Part shown: one piece after another, positions 1 through 7,522 of the stretch
Numbering within the stretch: the stretch's first letter is position 1
Layout: every line of letters starts with the position of its first letter
Virus record (IMG/VR): IMGVR_UViG_2734482786_000008
Reading direction: 5' to 3' (one strand)
DNA: 10,009 nt
Source: a virus
Taxonomy: Duplodnaviria > Heunggongvirae > Uroviricota > Caudoviricetes
Program-made: the position numbers and the translations under genes
Notes under the pieces: generated by a model
Database searches by the model: none
Seen by the model: the letters and a program-made list of their open reading frames with translations, nothing else
What the model was told of the DNA's origin: nothing

Positions 1-483
1 ATGACGAAGAAAAAAGCACATAAACCTGGTTCAGCGACCATCGCGCTTAACAAGCGCGCCCGTCACGAATACTTTATCGAAGAAGAGTTCGAAGCGGGAC
101 TTGCCCTGCAAGGCTGGGAAGTTAAATCCCTGCGCGCAGGAAAAGCCAATATCAGCGACAGCTACGTCCTTCTGCGTGACGGAGAGGCATTTCTGTTTGG
201 CGCTAACATCACGCCAATGGCCGTGGCCTCCACGCATGTGGTGTGCGATCCTACCCGTACCCGCAAGTTACTTCTCAACCAGCGCGAACTGGACTCATTG
301 TACGGTCGCGTCAATCGAGAAGGCTATACCGTAGTGGCGCTCTCCCTGTACTGGAAAAATGCCTGGTGCAAAGTGAAAATCGGCGTCGCCAAAGGTAAGA
401 AACAGCACGATAAACGTTCAGATATCAAAGAGCGCGAATGGCAGGTGGATAAAGCACGTATCATGAAAAACGCCCACCGTTAA
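1..483 (+). CDS. smpB: SsrA-binding protein SmpB
   Basis: 160-codon ORF starting at window position 1 (481-483 TAA). The translation is recognisable over its full length as enterobacterial SmpB, and it sits immediately upstream of a tmRNA gene, the conserved smpB-ssrA arrangement. Confidence 0.96.
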
Positions 484-674
484 ACCTGCACTCCAATTAT
501 TGACCAGTTCCTCACCGCGCCTCCCTCTCCGGCGGCGCGAATGAACATCTTATTGGCTATCACATCCGACACAAATGTTGCCATCCCATTGCTTAATCGA
601 ATAAAAATCAGGCTACATGGGTGCTAAATCTTTAACGATAACGCCATTGAGGCTGGTCATGGCGCTCATAAATC

Positions 675-683
675 TGGTATACT
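675..683 (+). promoter_or_regulatory. Candidate extended -10 element (TGgTATACT) of the ssrA promoter
   Basis: TG at 675-676 and TATACT at 678-683 lie about 7 nt upstream of position 691, where a short 5' precursor leader ahead of the mature tmRNA end (698) would start. No convincing -35 hexamer was found, which is common for extended -10 promoters. Assigned by sequence pattern only. Confidence 0.4.
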
Positions 684-697
684 TACCTTTACACATT

Positions 698-1060
698 GGG
701 GCTGATTCTGGATTCGACGGGATTTGCGAAACCCAAGGTGCATGCCGAGGGGCGGTTGGCCTCGTAAAAAGCCGCAAAAAATAGTCGCAAACGACGAAAA
801 CTACGCTTTAGCAGCTTAATAACCTGCTTAGAGCCCTCTCTCCCTAGCCTCCGCTCTTAGGACGGGGATCAAGAGAGGTCAAACCCAAAAGAGATCGCGT
901 GGAAGCCCTGCCTGGGGTTGAAGCGTTAAAACTTAATCAGGCTAGTTTGTTAGTGGCGTGTCCGTCCGCAGCTGGCAAGCGAATGTAAAGACTGACTAAG
1001 CATGTAGTACCGAGGATGTAGGAATTTCGGACGCGGGTTCAACTCCCGCCAGCTCCACCA
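698..1060 (+). ncRNA. ssrA: tmRNA (SsrA, transfer-messenger RNA)
   Basis: 363-nt sequence beginning GGGGCTGATTCTGGATTCGACGGG and ending GGTTCAACTCCCGCCAGCTCCACCA with an encoded CCA. The tag reading frame GCA AAC GAC GAA AAC TAC GCT TTA GCA GCT TAA is present at 787-819 (ANDENYALAA-stop). Recognised as the Escherichia-type tmRNA. Confidence 0.97.
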
Positions 1061-1070
1061 AATAAAACAA

Positions 1071-1103
1071 GGGGTTACGTGAAGGCGTAGCCCCTTTTTC
1101 TTT
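1071..1103 (+). terminator. Rho-independent terminator downstream of ssrA
   Basis: GGGGTTACG (1071-1079) pairs with CGTAGCCCC (1086-1094) as a 9-bp stem including one G-U pair, with loop TGAAGG, followed by TTTTTCTTT (1095-1103). Confidence 0.65.
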
Positions 1104-1242
1104 GGTAGTGGCGGCAAAATGGCGGCAGCCAATTTAATAGCATTGAGAGGACTTACGATGCTGCTGTACAGTTGTATCATATGGTGACTTACCAAATGCG
1201 CTACCGATCAGAAATCAGACCATTTGCCATTACGAGACTACT

Positions 1243-1959
1243 ATGAACATGGACTTAAAAAAAACACGCTTAGTTAATAGATTAGTTATAGTAATTGTTT
1301 TTTTGCTTTTAACATTCGCTACAATGGAGTTTATTTATCTCTACCTACGCTCTTTGAAGACTGCGCCAAACTATACAGGCACAGTTAGTGATATTTTGAT
1401 AGCAACAACCAATATTATTTTATCCTTATGCGCAGTTTTTGCGTTCAAAAACATATCAAGTCTATTCAAGGATAAAATATCTGATAGAGCTATAAACAAA
1501 ATAGATACTGCCTTGATGTTTCTTGATGAAAGCATTGAAAAAATTTCAAGTTTATACTTTAACTTGATGATTGCTAAAATTTATAAAAATGGCAGCAATC
1601 CTAAGGATCCTCAGTTAGACAAACAACTTAATGATGCATCAGATAACCTCAGTGGTGCTTTAGATGCAGCATACAAAGCAAAATCCGCTTTCGGATCATT
1701 AAGTCGTTGGAATATAAGTCTAGAGACAGAGCAAGGAAAGCGGAAAGTTAAGCTTGTCAATGATGTTTTTGAATTATGCATGAAATCAACTACTATGTAT
1801 TCTACCTTAATAAAGGAAATAAACCCCAATTCGACATTTATTAGCGATAAAACTTTTGAAACGCTATTTAATGAATTTGATGTAGAAAGGCAAAGACTTG
1901 AAGAAGAGAGTAAAGCTTTAAAGAACGTATCTATTCATCAAATCTTCACAATTAAATAA
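1243..1959 (+). CDS. Hypothetical membrane-anchored protein (238 aa) in an AT-rich cargo block; function unknown
   Basis: A 238-codon uninterrupted ORF in DNA of roughly 25-30% GC, where stop codons are frequent, so a chance ORF is very unlikely. Two hydrophobic helices are predicted by eye (about residues 10-36 and 49-68), followed by a roughly 170-aa hydrophilic K/D/E/N/S-rich domain. No recognisable catalytic or nucleotide-binding motif. The RBS is weak and the start could be M1 (1243) or M3 (1249). Confidence 0.75.
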   Translation: MNMDLKKTRLVNRLVIVIVFLLLTFATMEFIYLYLRSLKTAPNYTGTVSDILIATTNIILSLCAVFAFKNISSLFKDKISDRAINKIDTALMFLDESIEKISSLYFNLMIAKIYKNGSNPKDPQLDKQLNDASDNLSGALDAAYKAKSAFGSLSRWNISLETEQGKRKVKLVNDVFELCMKSTTMYSTLIKEINPNSTFISDKTFETLFNEFDVERQRLEEESKALKNVSIHQIFTIK

Positions 1960-2070
1960 ATCCTCAGTAATATTGTTATTTATGATGAGATTTATTTGAT
2001 AGCCTTCACTTTGATTTAAAAGTAGGCTTTATCACCAATGACTTACAACAATTAATTAGCAGAAGCGATA

Positions 2071-2099
2071 TTCAACAATAAAACCCGCCAGTGGCGGGT
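2071..2099 (-). terminator. Rho-independent terminator of ogr (minus strand only)
   Basis: Perfect 7-bp stem ACCCGCC / GGCGGGT (2083-2089 and 2093-2099) with a 3-nt loop. On the minus-strand transcript it is followed by UUUAUUGUUGAA (2082-2071). The stem starts at the ogr stop codon. On the plus strand the hairpin is followed by CAGUAUGC, not a U tract. Confidence 0.65.
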
Positions 2100-2314
2100 C
2101 AGTATGCAAACTGTTCCTGCATCCCTTTAGGATGCGGCGGAGCGTCACTAATTTTCTCGGGACGGCAAACAGAACGAACAAAGGTTTCATGCGTTACAAA
2201 CGTATGCCCGCACTCGATATTAGTGCACTGATTGTAACGCTCTTTGGTTTGAGAGGAGACTTGAAAACTACTGCGAGTATGTGCGGCCTGACCACACAAC
2301 GGACAATTCATCAT
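2099..2314 (-). CDS. ogr: Ogr/Delta-family zinc-finger late transcription activator
   Basis: 71-aa product MMNCPLCGQAAHTRSS...YNQCTNIECGHTFVTHE with the C-x2-C ... C-x4-C pattern and overall similarity to phage P2 Ogr (72 aa). SD GAGGAG (complement of 2324-2329) lies 9 nt upstream of the ATG. Position just downstream of gene D matches P2. Confidence 0.9.
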   Translation of the reverse strand: MMNCPLCGQAAHTRSSFQVSSQTKERYNQCTNIECGHTFVTHETFVRSVCRPEKISDAPPHPKGMQEQFAY

Positions 2315-2382
2315 TTATCAACTCTCCTCATCTTTGCTGCATCTACAATAATGATACACAATTATTCAATATTGAGAACCAT

Positions 2383-3483
2383 TTATTCCATTTCAAGATC
2401 ATCAATCTTCACTTCAAGTTCGATACTGGTCGTAAAACCGTTATCCGGGCTGACAGTATGTGTCAGAGTCGTAATGGTCCATTCCGCATCATCTATCGGC
2501 TGTTTAAAGCCACTGACTTTCACAGGCATTTCCGTGTAGAGATCTGCCCGCCCTTCCGCCAGTTGTAGCGAGAATGACGCAACGCCGCGTTGCAGGCGTT
2601 CCCACTGCATTTTCGCCGCTCGTTCGGCGTTGCTCCGGTTGGCATAAGTGCGATTAAGTACCAGCACGTTTTCATCCGTACCCACCAGGTAATCGCCCTG
2701 CTTCGCTTCCGGCTCTTTCTTCTGCTTCTTAGTCCTGCGCTTACGCTTCACCGTGGTGCTTTCTTTCTTCGCGGGTTCGCGGGTATGCAACCAGCTGGCA
2801 ATTACGCCCGTGTAGGCTCCGCGATCTGCCAGGGTAAAGCGGTGACTGTCGCCGTCCTTACGTGTGATAGTGATAACCGGTAGTGGTTTACCGCTGGCGC
2901 TTTTACCCTGTCCCTGCCGGATGAATAACAGATTGCCATTTTTAACCGACGCAATAGCACCGTACTGGCGCGCCAGCCGCATCAGAAAACTGCCGTCACT
3001 CTCATTAGTCTGGTCTATATGTTCCACGGGCTTATCCGACAGGTCTTTACCCAGTGCCATCTTCAGCTTGTGACGCGCGGCTATTTCCTTCACCACTTCC
3101 CCAACAGTGGTGTTATGCCACGATTTTTCACGGCGGGTATTCAGCGTTTCACGAAAATCAGCACTTCGCGCCCGAATAGTCAGGCGGTCCGGTGCGCCAG
3201 TGTGTTCAATCTCGTCCACCGTGAATGCTCCTTTCGGGAAAAGCGGCTGCCCCTTCCAGCCCAGCGCCAGCGTAATGACCGCACCACGGCGCGGCAGAAC
3301 GATTTTTCCGTCGGCGTCGTCCAGCTCCAGATCAAGCTGGTCCGCTTCAAAGCCCCGATTGTCCGTCAGCGTCAGACTCATCAGACGGTTATCCAGCACA
3401 GTAGTGATATCCCTGCCCTCAATACTGATGCTGAATGCGGGAGTTTTGTTGCCTTTGTTAAGCAGTTCAGAGCTGAAATTCAC
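2383..3483 (-). CDS. D: P2 gpD-like tail protein (late gene D)
   Basis: 366-aa ORF directly downstream of the U homolog and upstream of ogr, as in the P2 FETUD operon. The start as called is GTG (complement of 3481-3483), overlapping the U stop as GTGA, consistent with translational coupling; the exact start is uncertain. Confidence 0.88.
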   Translation of the reverse strand: MNFSSELLNKGNKTPAFSISIEGRDITTVLDNRLMSLTLTDNRGFEADQLDLELDDADGKIVLPRRGAVITLALGWKGQPLFPKGAFTVDEIEHTGAPDRLTIRARSADFRETLNTRREKSWHNTTVGEVVKEIAARHKLKMALGKDLSDKPVEHIDQTNESDGSFLMRLARQYGAIASVKNGNLLFIRQGQGKSASGKPLPVITITRKDGDSHRFTLADRGAYTGVIASWLHTREPAKKESTTVKRKRRTKKQKKEPEAKQGDYLVGTDENVLVLNRTYANRSNAERAAKMQWERLQRGVASFSLQLAEGRADLYTEMPVKVSGFKQPIDDAEWTITTLTHTVSPDNGFTTSIELEVKIDDLEME

Positions 3484-3965
3484 GACAGCAGCCCTCCCAC
3501 CGTTTTACTGATATCACTTAAGGCAGATGTTGCCGTGTCCTGCAGATTATTCAGCTGCGTACTGAGATCACCGAACATATCGGACAGGGATTCATCCACC
3601 CGTTTGAGCGACAGGGTGAACTCAATCCGGCGCGGCATACCGTCGCGGAAAAACTCCGTTTTAGTCTGATTCAGTCCCTCAATCACATACATGCCGTAAA
3701 TCGTGCCGCTGCCTTCAATCAGAGGCCATGCTTTCCCCTGTTCTGCCATCTGCTCCAGTGCCAGCAACGACAGCCTGCCGCCTGTTATCTCCGGCATAAG
3801 AACACCAGAAAGCGTCAGCATGTCGTTGTCCGGTCCCAGAAACTGCGTGGACGGACGACGATTTACCCGGCTGTTAGCCGCATGTCGCCAGCTGCGCTGA
3901 TACTGCAGTTCCTGATACGGCACGGTGCGCAGCATAAACACGTACAATCCAAGCACCATCATCAT
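3480..3965 (-). CDS. U: P2 gpU-like tail protein
   Basis: 161-aa ORF (P2 gpU is about 159 aa) between T and D. Its start overlaps the T stop as ATGA (3962-3965). Size and order match P2. Confidence 0.9.
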   Translation of the reverse strand: MMMVLGLYVFMLRTVPYQELQYQRSWRHAANSRVNRRPSTQFLGPDNDMLTLSGVLMPEITGGRLSLLALEQMAEQGKAWPLIEGSGTIYGMYVIEGLNQTKTEFFRDGMPRRIEFTLSLKRVDESLSDMFGDLSTQLNNLQDTATSALSDISKTVGGLLS

Positions 3966-6900
3966 GCGTCGTATCCCCCTTGATCGCTGTAGTTACTCCT
4001 GGCTTTTGCCTTCAGCCTGCGTTCACGTTCATCAAGCTGGCGTGCCACCTCCCGCGCAATATCCTGCGCACTTTGTCCTGGCTGCGTCTGAATGATGATC
4101 TGCGTCGGTGCCTCAATCCGTTGAGCGGGCGGCACAGTGGCTGCACGACTCACCATCGCTTCGCCGCCTTTCGCGGGAAGTGCCAAAGGATGTAACGGCG
4201 GAAGCTCTGCAGGCGCGGCAGCAACGCCCATCATTCCGGCAACAACGGCAGCCAGTGCAGCTGTATTTCTCCGACTGGTCACGTTTGCCGGACCGTTGAC
4301 AATTTCAGGCCCGTTTTCACCGACAATGCCGAACTGCCCGCGCGGGATATAGCCGCCGCTGTCATACATCCCCGCAAAGCCATATCCCCATGACGGAAAA
4401 CCACCCGATGGCATCATCACTTTACCGTCTGCATTCACCGTCGCAGGTTGCTGACGCGTCACGCTTTCCGGCAGTTTCGCCTTTGCAGCCTCTTTACTGA
4501 CAATACCGAGTTTCTCCAGCAACCAGGAAACGCCGGATTTCAGGGAGTCCAACGGATGCATGACCATATTCAGCCCTTCCGCCAGTGCCTCCCCGAATCG
4601 TCGCCCCATTGCCGCTGCGCTCTGCAGTTCGGCAGAGGTCGACTTAACAGGCGTCAGCAGATCAGTAAACCAGCCCCACAACGCCTGTACTTTGTCGCCA
4701 ATCCACTGGAACACGGGCTTAAGCGGTTCGAATGCAGCACTGATGGGACCTGCCGCCGCTTTGAATCCTTCCACCACGCCACCGAGAAATGCGGTGATGG
4801 GTTGCCAGTATTTCCAGACAACCAGCGCCACGCCCGCCAGTGCAGTAACCACAAGACCTATCGGACTGAGCAGAGCACCTAACAGACCAGATACGGCATA
4901 CAGGGCAACGCGCAGCATCGCCAGCGGACCGGATGCCAGCACTCGCAACACAGCACCTGCGGCAATCAGTCCACCACGTAGTGCTGCCAGTGGATTCATA
5001 AACATCACAGCAACTGCACGTAAACCGGATAATCCAGACCGCAACAGTGCAACCGGCGCACCTGCTACAGTTTTCAGAACATGTCCCGTCAGTGATGCCG
5101 TGCGGCGCAAAGACGACAACGGCGCAGTAAGTAAACCCGCAGCGTTGCCCGATGAAGCAAGCCCGCGTCGCAGCAGTGCCAGTGGTGCGCCAGCCAGCCA
5201 GGACAACGCGCTGCTGGTTCGAGTTACTGCTGCCGTAACGGAAGGTAACGTTTTGATACCCAGCACAGAGAATCCCAGACGGATGACTGCCAGCGGCCCC
5301 AGCACTGCAGCCAACATCACCGCCAGGGTGCCGAGGCCCACGGTAACCGCAGCCACCACAGCCGCTACTTTCATCAGTGTGCCCGTCAGTTCCGGGTTAG
5401 CTTCCACCCAACGACGCGACGCTCCCGTGACGCTTTTCACCATGTACAGAATATCCATCAGCGGCTGGCGCAGCGTTTCGCCCAGGCTGCTGAAGGTGTT
5501 CTGCGTTCCGGTTTTGACCAGCAACCACTGCGCAGAAAGTGAGTCCTTGTTAATGTCGGATTCTTTCTGCATGGAGCCGAGCGCATCATTGCCCGCAGTC
5601 AGTTTTAGCTGGCGCTGCAGTTCCGGCAGGTTGTTTGCCAGTTTCGCCGCGTCATCGCCAAACTCTTTACCAAACAACATGGTCATGGCAGACAGACGCT
5701 TGTCCTGCGGCAGTGCGTTCACCTTCTCCAGCACACGCTGGATAGTTCCCATCGCATCCTTCGTCATCTGCTTTTCAATCACTTCAGGATTGAGTTTCAG
5801 CAGATTCATCCCTTCAAAGAAACTCTTACTTTGCATGGTGGCAATGGACAATTCACGCACCATCGCGTTTGCTGCACTGGCAGCAACCTCCGGCGCAGCG
5901 CCCAGTGTCAGGAAGGTGGAACCCAGCGCCGCCGCTTTACGATAATCCAGACGATCTGCCACACCGCCCAGGCGTTGCATGACATCAATGATGTCTGACC
6001 CTTTCGACATGGCGTTATCATCCAGATAGTTCAGCGCATCACCGAGCTGTTCAATATTGCGGGTAGGGATTTTGTAGAGCTGGGCGATTTTCCCCAGACT
6101 TTCTGACAGTTCATCCGCTGGCAGCTCAAAGGCTGTTGCCGCCTTTGCTGCCGTGCTGGCGAAGGCCAGCAGGTCACGTTTCTGGTCTTCCCAGCTGTCG
6201 TCAGGATTTGCGACGTTCATGCGCGCACCACCTTCAACCAGTGCGGCAAAGTCCACAGCACCGTTTTCCATCGGCAACTGTTCGCTGGCAGCCTTGATGG
6301 CATCCTGCATTTCGTAAAAACGCGCAGTGCGGTTGCCATTATCATCACGCAGACCATTGACCTGCTTTGCCACACCTTTCATGGCATCTTCCATGCTGGT
6401 ATAGCTTTTTACTGCTGCCATCACTGGCGCACCCATTGCCAGCCCTGCAGCCGTGGTAGTGGCTCCGGCTCCTGCGATGCGATCGCGCACTTCAAGCCGT
6501 CTTGAGTATTGTTCTCTGGCAGCGTTCATCCGTGCCTGTTGTTCACCCAGACGTTTAAGTGCTTTTTGCTGGCCCTCCAGTGCCTGCCTTGTTTCTTCAG
6601 CATTTTTCTTAAGTTCTCGCTGGGCACTACTGAGTTGTCTGGTATCAATCCCTGATTCTTTAAGTGCCTGACGTTGTCTCTGGACCGCCCCCAACAAGCC
6701 GTTATAGGTCTGCTGAAGTTCCTGTACTCGTGTTTTGGCCTGACTGAATAACTTTGCCTGCGCGGCGGTTGGCCTGTTAGTGGCAGCAAATTGTGTGGCG
6801 AGTTTTGCCGCCTCTTCGCGGGCTGCGTTCAGGTTGTTGGCTGTTATGGCTAGTTGCGAGCGCGTCTTGCGAAATTCATCAATTCTGCCAGCCTGCTTAT

Positions 6901-7039
6901 TCAGTTCTTTGAGGCTGTTTCGGGTATTCTGAATTGCGCCAGCCAGCTCTTTCGAACTGGCCTGTGCAACACGGAATGGGCTGGTGAGTTTGTCAACCGC
7001 ATTAAGAATGACCTGCAGCCGCAGGTTGTTATCACTCAT
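3962..7039 (-). CDS. T: Tail tape measure protein (P2 gpT-like), 1025 aa
   Basis: Very long ORF directly downstream of the E/E' chaperone pair. It has an N-terminal Q/A/R/K/E-rich coiled-coil-like region, a central Gly/Ala/Leu-rich hydrophobic region with tandem repeats, and a C-terminal domain, all typical of tape measure proteins. Longer than P2 gpT (about 815 aa). Confidence 0.93.
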   Translation of the reverse strand: MSDNNLRLQVILNAVDKLTSPFRVAQASSKELAGAIQNTRNSLKELNKQAGRIDEFRKTRSQLAITANNLNAAREEAAKLATQFAATNRPTAAQAKLFSQAKTRVQELQQTYNGLLGAVQRQRQALKESGIDTRQLSSAQRELKKNAEETRQALEGQQKALKRLGEQQARMNAAREQYSRRLEVRDRIAGAGATTTAAGLAMGAPVMAAVKSYTSMEDAMKGVAKQVNGLRDDNGNRTARFYEMQDAIKAASEQLPMENGAVDFAALVEGGARMNVANPDDSWEDQKRDLLAFASTAAKAATAFELPADELSESLGKIAQLYKIPTRNIEQLGDALNYLDDNAMSKGSDIIDVMQRLGGVADRLDYRKAAALGSTFLTLGAAPEVAASAANAMVRELSIATMQSKSFFEGMNLLKLNPEVIEKQMTKDAMGTIQRVLEKVNALPQDKRLSAMTMLFGKEFGDDAAKLANNLPELQRQLKLTAGNDALGSMQKESDINKDSLSAQWLLVKTGTQNTFSSLGETLRQPLMDILYMVKSVTGASRRWVEANPELTGTLMKVAAVVAAVTVGLGTLAVMLAAVLGPLAVIRLGFSVLGIKTLPSVTAAVTRTSSALSWLAGAPLALLRRGLASSGNAAGLLTAPLSSLRRTASLTGHVLKTVAGAPVALLRSGLSGLRAVAVMFMNPLAALRGGLIAAGAVLRVLASGPLAMLRVALYAVSGLLGALLSPIGLVVTALAGVALVVWKYWQPITAFLGGVVEGFKAAAGPISAAFEPLKPVFQWIGDKVQALWGWFTDLLTPVKSTSAELQSAAAMGRRFGEALAEGLNMVMHPLDSLKSGVSWLLEKLGIVSKEAAKAKLPESVTRQQPATVNADGKVMMPSGGFPSWGYGFAGMYDSGGYIPRGQFGIVGENGPEIVNGPANVTSRRNTAALAAVVAGMMGVAAAPAELPPLHPLALPAKGGEAMVSRAATVPPAQRIEAPTQIIIQTQPGQSAQDIAREVARQLDERERRLKAKARSNYSDQGGYDA
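4895..5212 (-). repeat. Five tandem roughly 21-22-aa repeats inside the tape measure gene (motif [GA]-P-[LV]-x-x-L-R-x-G-L)
   Basis: In the T translation, APLALLRRGL, APLSSLRRTA, APVALLRSGL, NPLAALRGGL and GPLAMLRVAL recur at spacings of 21-22 residues (about aa 618-713). Checked against the DNA: the complement of 5161-5191 encodes GAPLALLRRG. Confidence 0.55.
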
Positions 7040-7468
7040 CGTTGGCCCCGCTTCTCTGAATCGCTTTATACCGCCATTCCAGCACCTCGGTCAGCGGCAT
7101 AACGTCAGTAACGGATGGCGGCCAGTGAAAGATGGTGGCGATATCAGCCACCAGATCGTCAACCGTCAGGCTGTCGGTAAACCGGCAAGCACCGACTTCT
7201 TCAACAAAAAAGTGACGACCTCAACCGACATGGCAGTGAGATCTGCCGGGTCCATCTCTGCAATTTCCTGTGCGGTCAGTGCCGGGCTGGAGATGCGGGG
7301 GATCACGGTCATCATCGCGTTCACATCCATATCCATAATGGCCTGCAGGCGTGTACCGCGCAGCGCACCGGACTGCGGTTTACGCAGCACAACTTCGGTG
7401 ATTTCTGTTTTACCGCGCTTGATGGGGGTATCCAGTTGAATGGTCTTTTCAGTCTGCTTATCGCTCAT
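7032..7468 (-). CDS. E+E' tail assembly chaperone fusion, made by programmed -1 frameshift (about 146 aa)
   Basis: After the slippery heptamer T-TTT-TTG (complement of 7205-7211), the -1 frame stays open for 58 codons (VEEVGACRFTDSLTVDDLVADIATIFHWPPSVTDVMPLTEVLEWRYKAIQRSGANDE) and stops at TGA (7032-7034), just after the T start codon (7037-7039). This mirrors the phage P2 E/E+E' arrangement. Confidence 0.75.
7166..7468 (-). CDS. E: P2 gpE-like tail assembly chaperone (zero-frame product, 100 aa)
   Basis: 100-aa ORF immediately upstream of T. An SD-like AGGA lies 7 nt upstream of the ATG (7466-7468). The slippery site sits 12 codons before its stop. Confidence 0.88.
   Translation of the reverse strand: MSDKQTEKTIQLDTPIKRGKTEITEVVLRKPQSGALRGTRLQAIMDMDVNAMMTVIPRISSPALTAQEIAEMDPADLTAMSVEVVTFLLKKSVLAGLPTA
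7205..7211 (-). promoter_or_regulatory. Programmed -1 ribosomal frameshift slippery heptamer T-TTT-TTG
   Basis: Plus strand reads CAAAAAA at 7205-7211; on the mRNA this is U UUU UUG in the E frame (codons ACU UUU UUG). It is the same heptamer reported for the P2 E/E' frameshift. Confidence 0.75.
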
Positions 7469-7522
7469 TTTGCTGTCCTTTAAATTGGGTTCTGGCGCGG
7501 TATCCCGCGCCGTTCAGATAGA

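Noticed and set aside
31-334. ORFs 31-237 (minus) and 101-334 (plus) inside smpB
   Set aside because: Alternative-frame or antisense ORFs within a well-supported gene.
1119-1187. 22-codon plus-strand mini-ORF between the ssrA terminator and the cargo gene
   Set aside because: Very short, no convincing Shine-Dalgarno and no recognisable peptide; not enough evidence to call a small protein or toxin/antitoxin partner.
950-1195. 81-aa minus-strand ORF overlapping the 3' part of ssrA
   Set aside because: It overlaps the tmRNA gene and its terminator; an RNA gene explains this sequence and there is no independent coding evidence.
2084-2092. CCCGCCAG shared between the ssrA 3' end (1045-1052) and the ogr terminator stem, considered as a possible duplicated att core
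   Set aside because: Only an 8-nt match and it is explained by the GC-rich terminator stem; too short to support an attachment-site repeat.
2132-3669. Plus-strand ORFs 2132-2539, 2281-2568, 2590-2883, 2864-3073, 3019-3669 and 3107-3511 opposite ogr, D and U
   Set aside because: All overlap well-supported minus-strand phage genes, have no homology signal, and are typical antisense artefacts.
4560-5945. 461-aa plus-strand ORF (with neighbours 4448-4882 and 4137-4352) lying antisense inside the tape measure gene
   Set aside because: Low-complexity Ser/Ala/Pro/Arg-rich translation, no RBS, and fully contained within a confidently assigned minus-strand gene; such ORFs are expected opposite GC-rich, Ala/Leu/Gly-rich coding sequence.
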